From positions 44,206,001 through 44,270,000 of the forward strand of contig NC_082728.1 of the NCBI RefSeq assembly GCF_030144855.1: a stretch of 64,000 nucleotides of DNA, given 5' to 3'. Below the pieces are notes generated by a model. It searched no databases and was not told the DNA's origin. It worked only from the letters and a program-made list of their open reading frames with translations. Below, in pieces: positions 52,113-63,015 of this stretch. Position 1 is the stretch's first letter, and each line of letters begins with the position of its first letter. A program made the position numbers and the translations under genes. Source of the stretch: Hypanus sabinus (Eukaryota).

Positions 52113-54017
52113 CAATGTCATGTTTTCGTTCGCCTTATTCTGCGTGCAATTCTCGTTGTAGATGATGTCAAGCATTTCTTTGAATTAAGATTCACATTTT
52201 TTGCTTATGGTAATTTTTGGGTTCAGTTATTGATTGAACGTCACTTCTGGGAATGCATGACTAATGAATATCTCATATGATAGATGGCAGCAAGTAATTG
52301 CTTCTGGTTATAAATACAAGGGAATCTGGAGATGCTGGAAATCTTAGGCAACTCACACAAGATGGTGATTGGAGGATCTCGGCCCAAAACATTGATTGTT
52401 TATTCCCCTCTATAGATGCTTCCTGACTTCCTGTATGACTTGTTTCTGGTTTGTGTTTTGTGTTTAACTGGGAATTGATAATACATGTAACTTCTTCTGG
52501 TTCCTGCAGTTATGTCTGGGAAGTTAACTGACTATACCCAGAAGAAAAATATTTTATGAGTATTCGTGGTGAAAGGAGAAAGCTTGCAGTTATTTCTGAG
52601 AATAGTGAGTTAATATCAACATTTATGAATGGTAAAATAATGAATAATCTCATAATCGCTTGGTTAATAGGTGGATTAGGCAGAAGCTTTCTTTTGTATG
52701 TTAGTTTGTTAATGCCATCCCATGAATTAATTGGTAGGTTATGGTAATTTCTGAACATTAGTCATTTTGGGATTAGTTAGCTCTTATTCCTAACCTGTTT
52801 GGGTAATAATGGAACTTTGATATGCATCACATTGAACAATTAAAGGTTTCTTAGGCATTTTGATTTCTGGTTATCTTTAGTTCCAATGTTGAAATATATT
52901 TTGCAAAACTAAACATTCCTGACTCAACTCAGTCATGTTGGTACAATTGGCTTCAATGCTGGCTGTCCAGAGAGAAGCAGTAAAAGGAGAATCTCAAATT
53001 CAAGATTCTATATAGGGGATTATATTACGAGAAATAATTGAACTTTTGGAGAACATCTGTTTTACCTGTGACTTCTATGTCCCTAACCACAACCAATACA
53101 GTGTGGTTCTGGAATTGCCAGTTTAAAGAAAATAGAATGCATCAATAATTAAGTTCCTGTAGGAAATGATGAAAAGATACTGAGGGGAATGCAAGACCCT
53201 TGCTATATTTATTGAATAAATACGAATTTAATGCTTACTAATTTCTTCTCTTTTAAAAACAGATGTGTTAATCTCATTTCTTGTGGAACATGTTCCTCGC
53301 CTTTTGATAAACATGATCGATCATTTCCCATAAAACCTCGTTTTCCCCATTTCCTTCAATTTGAGGTATGATCAAAAGAAAGGGAAGAAAGCACAGAAAT
53401 TATGTTTTTTTGGGTCTTTGTCATAATTGCTAAGGTTACTAAAGGGAGACTTGTTGCCACAATACTTGTACCTAAGCCAGTAGGCTGAGAATTTTAGGCT
53501 GAGGTATAATTGGTGATTTCCCTAGCTTTGTGATCTCGATTGCTGTACTGTACGTTTAGAACTGGTATTCCCGCTGCTCGTATATCTAAATGCAGCTTGT
53601 GGTTAACCCAAAACAGAAAAAAACAATTCGATTTAATTCAGTAGTTTTGAAGATGTGAGTGGTTCCCCACTGGACCCTATCCGGAGGAAAGGCGGCGTTC
53701 ATCTTTTGTAGTGGGAGATCTACTTCCGCATTTCAGTCATGTTTCGCAGAATTCATATTAAGCGTTGCATTTACGGTCAAATACCGTGTGGAATATGAGC
53801 ATAATGTTTAGCGGCCTGTAGTGATGTGTTTTATGGTCTGGGAATTTAATTTGCAGTAGCAATATCCACAAATTTCACCCTTTCTACGAGGAAACCTGCA
53901 CTGCCGACAGGAGGGTAGAGTAACGTGGTTATCGGGAGCGCTCAGATCCGAGGATGTGAAGGCGGGGACTCGGCTTTCGTACCGGATGTGTTAGGGGAAG
54001 GTCAGCTCTGGCTTTCC

Positions 54018-54164
54018 ATGGCGCTGCTGGTGCGTCTGTGCAGCCGGACTGCTGCCCTTCCTCGGGGGCTCAGCCGGGAAGTTTGGTGCGAGGGTGCCGG
54101 GGCGACGGGCCGGCACTGTAACTACCCGGCGGTGCGGCCAGCAAGGACGCGATGCGGGGCGCCG
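54018..54164 (+). CDS. SCO1: SCO1 cytochrome c oxidase assembly protein, coding exon 1 (mitochondrial presequence-like, 49 aa)
   Basis: ccATGG start, Arg-rich MALLVRLCSRTAALPRG..., donor CCG|GTGAGT, CpG island; in frame with the downstream exons. Confidence 0.75.
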
Positions 54165-54779
54165 GTGAGTTGCGCGATGCCGGCTTCACTAAGACTGGAC
54201 ACGGCATCGTGAACGAGTTGTTATCATTCAGCATTGGGTGTCGCGCTCAGGTGCCCCACTTGGGATCTGGAAAACACTCGTTAACAGTCTCCAGACAATT
54301 CCTGAATGGCGATCACAAGTTGCCCGGCAGCTTGCTCCCGATTTGCGGTTCACCAGTTATTTCCGGGGTTGAGTGAAACAATAGATGCTCCCTAACTTCG
54401 GTGTCGGGAGTACACCAAGCCCAGCAGGGGAGGTGCTTGGCTGCAGGCCTTGAGCTTCAGTTTTCATAGACAGCCAAAGCCTGGCTGTCTTCGCTCAGAG
54501 TTAGCACCCAAAAGGTGGAAAGTGGTGGCAAACAGATTCTGCAGATGCTGGAGATCCAAAGCAACAGTCACAAAATGCTGGAGGAACTCAGTATCGAGCA
54601 CTCAGCCCGAATATTTCCTCCAACATTTTGTACGTGGAAAATAGTTCGCCTTTTTCCAGTCGAATTGTGTATCTTTTATTTTGTGTGTGTGTGATGTTGT
54701 ACAGCAGGGATATGTTGCTGCAGAAACTTTTGTTGCTTGTTATTGTTCCACATAGGCCTGTTGTTTTAGAAGAGTTGAA

Positions 54780-55280
54780 AACGTTTCAGAAGTGTTAATG
54801 TTATCCTTACATTGCGGATCAATGGCCAGACTTGGAGTTTACAGGATTGAATTTGAGCTGTTTTCCATACCTCCGCTAAGTTTAGTTCCTACCAGTGAGA
54901 AGTTTACAAGATAGAAGGGACAACAATATTGCAGCCAGAGAGACTGAGAAAGGGGTTGGGACAACAACACAGCCCTGCGTGATCCCACACTGCCCTGGGG
55001 TGGGTTTATGCTGGATCCATTATCCAGAATCAAAGTTTGCTTGCTTTCATATAGGTTTTGAATGGCATTGAGTTTTGGGGTGCAGCCAAATTTGAGAAAG
55101 ATTTTGTTTGTAAATAGCCCCTCCACGGTGACCAGAGTCAAAGGCTTTTGGAAGGTCACAAAAGGCAATGTATTGTTGACAATACATTTCTCTTGGAGTT
55201 GTCGGGCAGTGAAGATGCCCCTTGAAGGCATCCGATGTGGGGAGCAGCTCTTCAGTATAGGGAGGAAGTTATTGAAGAAG
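54780..55280 (-). mobile_element. Old RTE LINE RT fragment
   Basis: IFTARQLQEKC and LKFGC.PK motifs (ORF 54839-55231). Confidence 0.7.
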
Positions 55281-55284
55281 GCCT

Positions 55285-55550
55285 GGGTGGCGCAGTTATG
55301 TAGTGGTTAGCACAATGCTTTCCAGTACAGGCATCCAGGTTCAATTCCCACCACTGCCTGTAAGGAGTTTGTACATCTCCCCATGACCACGTGGGTTTCC
55401 TCCCACAGAACAAAGACCTACTGGCTGGTAGGTTAATTGGTCATTGTAAGTTTTCCTGTGATTAGGCTAGGATCAAATTGGGGGCTTGCTGGGCAGCATA
55501 GATCAAAGGGCCAGAAGAGCTTATTACGTGCTGTATCTCAACAAAATAAA
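55285..55550 (+). mobile_element. tRNA-derived SINE (HE1/V-SINE-like)
   Basis: A-box TGTAGTGGTTAGC, B-box GGTTCAATTCC, central gtgggtttcctcc, CR1-like tail; related copies at about 57720-57925 (+), 45010-45200 (-) and 29170-29320 (-). Confidence 0.75.
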
Positions 55551-56344
55551 ACAGAAGTAAAGACCCTGGCAATAAGTGGTCACAATTGTGGCATGTTTGA
55601 AGGCATGTCATCGTCATCTTCCCAAATGAGGGAGATGAGGCTGGATTTGTGACTAAGTTTCAGATGAACCTCAGTAGCAGTACTGTCTATACTAGAGACC
55701 TTGTGGTTTTTTGATATGCAAGTTTCTTCAGCATCTTGTTGACTAAGATGACAAAGTTATTCTGTGGAATGTGGTCAAGGACTGCTAATTGCTGGATCTC
55801 CTGCACGCTCTCCATTTGATCTTTAAGGTCACCGATTGTTTTTACCTTAAGATGTAAGAGCAGGCCAGAACTTGTTCTGTCACTGAGCAAAATTGTAGCT
55901 TATTTTTGACTGTTATACAATTTTCCAGTGGTATCCCATATAGTAATGTATAGAAATGTATTGATCATTATGTTGAATGAACATTATGGAGCTTCCACAG
56001 CTGTCTAAGTTAGAGAATTCCAAATGGTTGCTTCTTTTAATGAAGAATATTTTTCCTTCCTCTCATTCCTAAACAGCCCACCTATTATTTTCACTTTGTT
56101 TTCTTGTCCATGACTCTTCAGTCAGGAGTGGCACTTTCCCTGCACTTAGCTGTTAATCTCTTTTAAGAGTCTTGAAAAAGTTTCTGAACATCAAAGAATG
56201 TCATCTCTCCATGTATAGCAAATGCACAGTCTTTGGAACTGGTTTACACAATCATACTGCACTTTTCTATTGCAAGAACATCTATTCTTGCATTAAAAGT
56301 GTAAAACTATACACAACGTCCATATGCAATTTAATGAAGGTATG

Positions 56345-56910
56345 AGTAACTCCCAGGCTCTGTCGGCTGTGTAAGCCGAGGAAAGACGATCTCTGGCCCC
56401 ACCAAACATATGAGATTGAGTTGCACAACCTCCCGTTTGGGTGGAAGCAGCGTGATGTGTCATCTGTTACAGATCAGTACTATGCAATAGCAGACAGTAC
56501 ACCATATGCAATAAAACGACTTAGCTTTACAATTCTTAATTTGACTAAAGGGTTAGTGAAGTAAAACAAAAGGAAAAGAGCCATTTTAATGAAACTGTCT
56601 AACGTGCACAAGTTGGAGCTCACGGTTTCCCGTCCGTTAGTCCTCTGTCGATTTCCCCTGCGCATTGTTAACTGCCAGCCCCACTCCAGATCCACTCCTT
56701 TCTGGCGACTACGACCTCTCCGTTCTGGCATCTTCTCTCTTCATCTCCCGCTGAACAAAAGACCTCGAACAACTCGCTGTCAGGCACACAAGAAGAAAAA
56801 AACACTCCCTTCATTGGACAGCAAGTGTTCCAAAGCCCCGGTTATCTCTAGTCACCGCTGCTACAGAACAGCCATCACAACAGCAGTGAAACCTTTCCCA
56901 GGGCGTTACA
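56345..56910. mobile_element. Solo LTR in SCO1 intron 1, interrupting an old CR1
   Basis: (A)GTAAC...GTTACA termini, TATG TSD on both sides. Confidence 0.75.
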
Positions 56911-58549
56911 TATGACTTGTAATCGAACTCTATAAATAAGGCCTTGGATATTATTTATCCTCTTAATCACTTTTAGTTGCTGGTTGGCCTTCACTAGATC
57001 CTTTTGAAGATCAACACTTCCTAATCTCTGATGGCTGAACTGTGATTTTGTAATATTCATCAAAACATATTTACACAACTTATACCATAATTCCTCCTGA
57101 CTCATTCAGCTTGTCCAGATCCCCTTGAAGTCTCTTCTGGTCTTCCTCTGTTCTCACAGTCAACCAGTTTAATATCGTCAGCAAATTTGAAAAAATGGTA
57201 TTTCAGCTTCTTAGCCAAGATGTATGAGTATCTGAGTCCCAAACTTTGATACCAAGATACTGTGTTAGTCTGACAATCTGAGAAAGGCCCATTTATTCTC
57301 ATTGTTTGCCTTCTGTTCAGTAACCAATTCTTTGTTTGTGATCAAACTGTCTCTTAAGATATCTTCAGAGCTTTATGCTCAGGCTAGTTGAATCCTGGCT
57401 CTCCTGATCATTTTTTTCAAATTGGTCCCATTGTTTTCTGTTTCATCTAAAATCCTGTTGCCTGAATTCCAACTTTTACCAAGATCTATTCATCTGTAAC
57501 CCCTTTGCTGACCGACAGATTTCCAATGAGCAGCATGTTGCTTTGTTTTCAGATCCTTTACATCTTCGCTCTAATTAATATCTCCAGTTCAGTGATCCAA
57601 CAGCCTTTTCTCCAATTCTAGCTTTGTTTAATCCTCTGACATTGTTCCTGGAGAATTCCCTAATTATTCTTCCCTTTCTCCTTACTATGAGAGTCTACCT
57701 TGAAACTTGCTTCCAAACCTGCCTTCAATTCCCACCGCTGCCTGGAAGGAGTTTGTATGTTCTCCCTGTGATTGCATGGGTTTCCTCCCAAAGATGTACT
57801 GGTCGGTAGGTTAATCGGTTGTTGTAAATTGTCCCATGATTAGGCTAGGGTTAAATCGGGGGTCGCTTGGCAGTGCAGCTGGACGAGCTGGAAATGCCAA
57901 TTGCACACTCTATCCCAATAAATAACGAAATAAATTTTTAGGTTGCCTGCCTTACTGGCTTGGTGTCAAATTTTGTGAAGCATCTTTCAATGTCTTAGAT
58001 AAATAAGAGATACAAGATAAATGGAATGTTAATTAATTTTCAAGAAATAGGCATTTTACCCATTAGTTTATACCAGTTTACTTTCAGGGAAGCAATTATA
58101 TTGTTAAAAAGTGACTTGGTTTAACTGAGAATTCAAATTCCGTCTCACTGGCTGGCATGTAGCATTGTTTCCAATGGTCGTGACTTAGGAAGGAAATGTT
58201 TATCTGTCTGGTTAGCAAACAAAATTGCATTAATATATACTGTGTGGTAGTTAACATATACTGAAGGTGTGTATCTCTTTTTCCAAATAAGCCTGATGAG
58301 CCCATTATCGATTTGAGAAGGCAGAGGGGATTTACAAGGATTTTGTGGGGATTTGAGGGACTAAGAAAGGTTTGAGCAGGTTGGGACTATTTGAACTGGA
58401 GCACAGGAAAATGAGGGATGATTTTGTAGAGGGGTATCAAATCGTGAGGAAAATAGGTCAGTGCACAGTTTTTATCCCAGGGAATCAAAAATGAGAGGGC
58501 ATAGGTTTACAGTGAGAGGGGAGAATTTTGATAGGATCTTAGGGGACAT

Positions 58550-59400
58550 TGTAATTTGTACTCTACCACCTGACTACCGTAATTCCTATCAGGGTGTTTT
58601 TACCCTTGCAGTTTCTTAACTTTACACACAAGGATTCTACATCTTCTGATCCTATGTCACTTCTTTTGAAGGATATAGCTTTGCTATACACTCTTCTACC
58701 TCATTTCATATACTGCGTGCATTCAAAAATAACTCCTTCAGTCCTGTATTTACTGCCCTTTTCAATTTAGTCTCCATGCCTCATGAAGATAAATTCTTAT
58801 CCCTTTCTAAACTTTCTCTCTTCTACTTCAATCTCTCCTGTATTCTCCTTTTTTATTTTATCCTTCATTTCCAAGTGTTTGAAAATTCTGTCCACAGCCT
58901 AAGTTATGCAACTCGCCAGGACTTTGGTCCCAACATGGCTCAGGCGAAACTCGCCCCATCACATTGCGCCGCCTTTCTCAATACTACAGCCCATGACCCG
59001 CAAATTCAAACCTACTTCTCCCACTTTAATCTTTGAGCCATGATTTACCTCTCTGAGCTTACTAACCCTGTGCCAATTCACAATTGGCTCAAGTAATGAT
59101 TCAGAGATTATTACCTTTTTTGGTTCTGCTTTTTAACGTAGTCCCTAGCTGTTCAAATTCCTTCAGCAAAACCTGTAGTCCTTCCAAGACATGTGTACCT
59201 ACTCGGACCATGGCAACTGAGTCTTCTCCCTCCCACTCTAAATTCCTCTGCAGGTCAGATGAGATGTCCCAAACCCGGATACCTGGCAGGTAATACAGCC
59301 TTGGAGACTCTCATTCCTTGCAACTGAAAATTGTATCTATTCCCCTGACTATACTGTTCCCAATTACAACTACATTCATCTTCTCTCACCCCCCCCCCCT
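58550..59400 (-). mobile_element. Decayed CR1 ORF1/endonuclease fragment
   Basis: Reverse strand shows VVIGNSIVRG, CLPG-like and HV/GT-like esterase remnants. Confidence 0.6.
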
Positions 59401-59669
59401 TTGAATGGCTTCTTGAAATGGGGTACCATGGTTTGGTTGCTCATGCTCCCTGATGCCCCCACTCTCAACTACACAGGGAGCAAAAATCTCAAATCTGTTG
59501 GACAAGGATATGTGCCAAAGGCTGGCAGGTGGGACTTGTATAGATCGGAATATTGGTCAGCAGCGACCCGTCGAGCCAAAGGTCCCATTTCTGTGTTAAA
59601 TGACTCTTAACTGCTTCAAGGCTTGACCACAGAGGTAGTGACTCCAAAACCAAACACTGCATAATTAGA

Positions 59670-59810
59670 CCATAATTCGTCCTGACGAAGGGTCTCGGCC
59701 CGAAACGTCGACAGCGCTTCTCCTTATGGATGCTGCCTGGCCTGCTGTGTTCCACTAGCATTTTGTGTGTGTTGTTTGAATTTCCAGCATCTGCAGATTT
59801 CCTCCTGTTT
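59670..59810 (+). mobile_element. 141-bp PLE-derived insertion with intact hammerhead core
   Basis: Flanked by exact 14-bp direct repeats ACTGCATAATTAGA (59656-69 and 59811-24). Confidence 0.85.
59679..59712 (+). ncRNA. Minimal type I hammerhead ribozyme motif
   Basis: GTC-CTGACGA-A-GGGT(CTCG)GCCC-GAAA-CGTC-GAC: intact CUGANGA/GAAA core, helix II, helix I GTC/GAC, GUC cleavage triplet. Confidence 0.7.
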
Positions 59811-60076
59811 ACTGCATAATTAGAGGTGCTGTCTCTCTTGTAAGGTTTAAACTGAAGTCTTCCTGGTAAAATGAAAGGGAAAATTTTCAAAACACTCTTT
59901 AAAGAATTATTTACTGCGACAAGTTTTTATCCTTTAAAATTATCAGTACTTTTTCATTCTCTCATCACATCTGGATTTGAATGTAGAACAGCAGGTACTT
60001 CACTTGCAGAGTAATTGTTTGACAATAATTTACTGTGCTTACTAATTCAAAGTTTATTCTTGTTGTATTGGAACAG

Positions 60077-60202
60077 TTAAGGGATGATCTTTGCCCAACT
60101 TGGGCAATATCTTTGCCCAAATACACCAGTTTCCACTACTTCAGTACAATGCCTCCACCACCAACGGGATCGAAAACAAACCCTAGGACCAAGAAGGATG
60201 GG
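60077..60202 (+). CDS. SCO1: SCO1 coding exon 2 (LRDDLC...FSTMPPPPTGSKTNPRTKKDG)
   Basis: Branch-like TACTAAT near 60040, gaacag| acceptor, GGG|GTAAGT donor, 126 nt phase 0/0; Pro-rich segment before the transmembrane exon. Confidence 0.78.
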
Positions 60203-60469
60203 GTAAGTAATTCAGTGTTAATGAGTGATGTAGGAATGTTTTAATAGTTGTAGCAACATAGGAGGAGGAGGATGTGTCAAGTATTTGAAAGGAATGGTTT
60301 CACTCTATTTATACAGTATATTAAGACTGATAACCAAATATTATCGAGAAACAGATCAGTAACAGTTTACTACATTACTATTCAGTTACTGTGTGGTCAC
60401 CTAACATTAAAACATAATGGTTCTAACTGAGCCCATGTTCCAATGTGTGGTATTGTATCACATTTATTT

Positions 60470-60890
60470 AGACCATAAGATAGGAACAGAATTAAGCCAT
60501 TTGGCCCATCCACTGTGCTTTATTTCATCGGGGCTCCAATCTCCTGCCTTCTCCCTGTTTCTCTTCATGCCCTGATGAATCAAGAATCTATCAACGTCTG
60601 CCTTAAATATATTTATAAGACTTGGCCTCCACAGCTGCCTGTGGCAAAGAACTCACTACTCACAAATTCACCACTCTTAGTCTAAAGAAGTTCCTTCTCA
60701 TCTCTGTTTTAAAAGAATTGCCCCTCTATTCTGAGGCTGTGTCCTCTGGTCTTAGACACTCCCACCAAATGTCAAACGTCCTCTCCACTTCTACTCTATC
60801 AAAGCCTTTCACCATTCGATAGGTTTCAATGTGGTCACCCCTCATTCTTCTGAAGTCCAGTGAATGCAGGCCTAGAGCCATCAAATGCCC
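60470..60890 (-). mobile_element. CR1 3' end in SCO1 intron 2
   Basis: Same 3' UTR and RT tail sequence as other CR1 copies (ttggcctccacagc, accataaga tail). Confidence 0.8.
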
Positions 60891-60981
60891 CCATTTTTTT
60901 ACAGAAACAATTTAAAACCTGTCTTGTTTATAACTTGTTCAATGTCTTTGTTTCTGAGACATTGTTTTTCCTTCTTAGTAG

Positions 60982-61072
60982 CCTGTCACATGGAAATCTT
61001 TAGCAGTCACTTTTGCTGTAGGAGGAGCAATGCTGGTCGTCATGAGACACATGAAGAAAGAAAAAGAAGAAA
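60982..61072 (+). CDS. SCO1: SCO1 coding exon 3, transmembrane helix ([30 protein letters not shown]); gene continues beyond the window
   Basis: Matches recalled human [30 protein letters not shown]; 91 nt; donor A|GTAAGC. Confidence 0.93.
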
Positions 61073-61207
61073 GTAAGCGTTCCTATACCACTTTGGAACT
61101 GGAAATGGTACATTAGAGTACTTCTAAACTGGTGAGAGAAAAGAAACGGTGGATCTTGAAAGAGACATGAGGTGTATTCACAAAAAAACATTAAATTATT
61201 AAACATG

Positions 61208-61890
61208 TGTAGCCTCCTGGTAAGCTTCAGGCTTGCTTTCATCTAGTGGGAGCAGCCTTCGGCCCTGCCAAACTCTGTAATCGAGTCTGTGTAGATGCTG
61301 TGTGATACACCCCACCACACTAAATAACAGGCATATGTGATTAAATGATTACGCTTTATAACTCTTACTTTGACTAGATAGTAAAGGAACAAACTAAGAA
61401 CTGTTTAACTGTTTAAAAGAAAAGAGAAAGGGCCATTATTATTAACCAGTTTGTGCACAGATCGTTGGAGCTCTTACAGAACCAGGTCCCCCTTCCTCCA
61501 GTCGATGTCCTCCGAACTCCGCCAACCCTCGAATGGGACCACCCCCGGTGATCGACCAAATGCTGTACTCAAGTCCCGTGTCTCCTCTCCTCGCGGAAGA
61601 CCCTGGGCCTCGGACTCCCGCTTGGGGTCCGTTCCGTCGCCCAGCTTACAGCATCTCTCAGGTTGCGTCTCCTCTCTCTGTCCCCATCGTGCCTTCTCCC
61701 CAAAGCCTGCAAGAAACAATGGCTTTCACGTGCAATAAAGAATAACATCTATCCCAATGGGTTAGCAAATGAATACAATTCCTGTTATCAGTAATTACAA
61801 CCCAAACAAGCTGCTATAGAGAACCACTGTATCAGCAGTTAAGCCATTTTATTAGCCTTAGCAGTAACATAAAAGAAGAAGCTCCTCACA
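61208..61890. mobile_element. Solo LTR in SCO1 intron 3
   Basis: TGT...ACA termini, exact CATG TSD (61204-07 and 61891-94). Confidence 0.8.
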
Positions 61891-61904
61891 CATGAATCGT
61901 GGAA

Positions 61905-63015
61905 GTTCAAGGTAAATTATGGACATGTACTACATTGAGATTCATTTTCTTGCAGGCATTCACAGTAGAACAAATAAATTCAATAGAATTGATGAAAAGC
62001 TACACACAAAGGCTGACAAAAAGCCAATGTGCAAAAAGAAGACAAACTAAGCAAATGTGACCCACCCCACAAATAATAATAAATAAATAATGAATAGTAT
62101 TGAGAACCTGTTGTAGTGTCCTTGAAAGTGAGTCCGTTGGTTGTGGAACTAATTCAGTGTTGAGGTGAGTGAAGTTATCCATCCTGGTTCAGGAGCCTGA
62201 TGGTTGAAGGGTAATAACTGTTCCTAAACCTGACGGATGGGACCTAAGGCTCCTGCACCTCCTTACTAATGGCAGCAGTGAGAAGAGAGCACGATGGCCT
62301 GGATAGTGGGGGTCCTTGATGATGGATGCTGCTTCCTTGTGGCAGCATTCCTTGTAGATGTGCTCAATGGTGGGATATGCTTTTCTTGTGTTGGAGTGGG
62401 CTGTGTCTGTTACATTTTGTAGGTTTTCCATTCCTGGGCTTTGGTAGTTCCATACCAGGTCATGATACAACCTGTCAGGATATGCTCCACTGTGCATTTA
62501 TTGAAGGTAGTCAAAGTTTTTGATGGCAGGCCAAAGTTGCACAACCTTCTGAGACAGTGGGGCTCTGATGTGCTTTCTTTTTAATGGCACTTACATGCTG
62601 TTCCCAGGATAGATCCTCTGAAATGATAACACCAAAGAATTTAAAGTTACTGACTTTTCTGATCCCCTGATGCCGACTGGCTCATGGACCTTTGGCTTCT
62701 TCACCCTGTAGTCAATAATCACCTCTTGTTCTGCTGATGTTAAGTGAGAGATTGTTGTTGTGGCATCATCGAACCAATTTTTCAATCTCCCTCCCAAATG
62801 CCAATGCATCACCACCCTTCATTTGGCCAACGGCAGACTTAAATGTGGATTGGAGCTGTGCATAGCCTCACAGTGATAAGTGTGAAGCTGGTAGAGCATG
62901 GGGGCTAAGCACGCAGCCATGTGGTACACCTGTGCCGATGGTGATCGTGGAAGAGATGTTGTTGCCAATCTCAACAGAGTGGGGTCTGCAAGTGAGGAAA
63001 TTGAGGATCCAGTCA
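61905..63015 (-). mobile_element. Rex1/Babar-type LINE fragment
   Basis: AASIIKDPH.PGH.LFSLLP motif and degenerate RT sequence on the minus strand. Confidence 0.75.

Noticed and set aside
53925-54017. GTG-initiated N-terminal extension of SCO1 in the ORF track
   Set aside because: The ORF caller allows alternative starts. ATG 54018 has a good context and begins a presequence-like segment.
55285-55360. tRNA gene
   Set aside because: A and B boxes are present, but there is no complete cloverleaf and it continues into SINE body sequence found elsewhere in the window.
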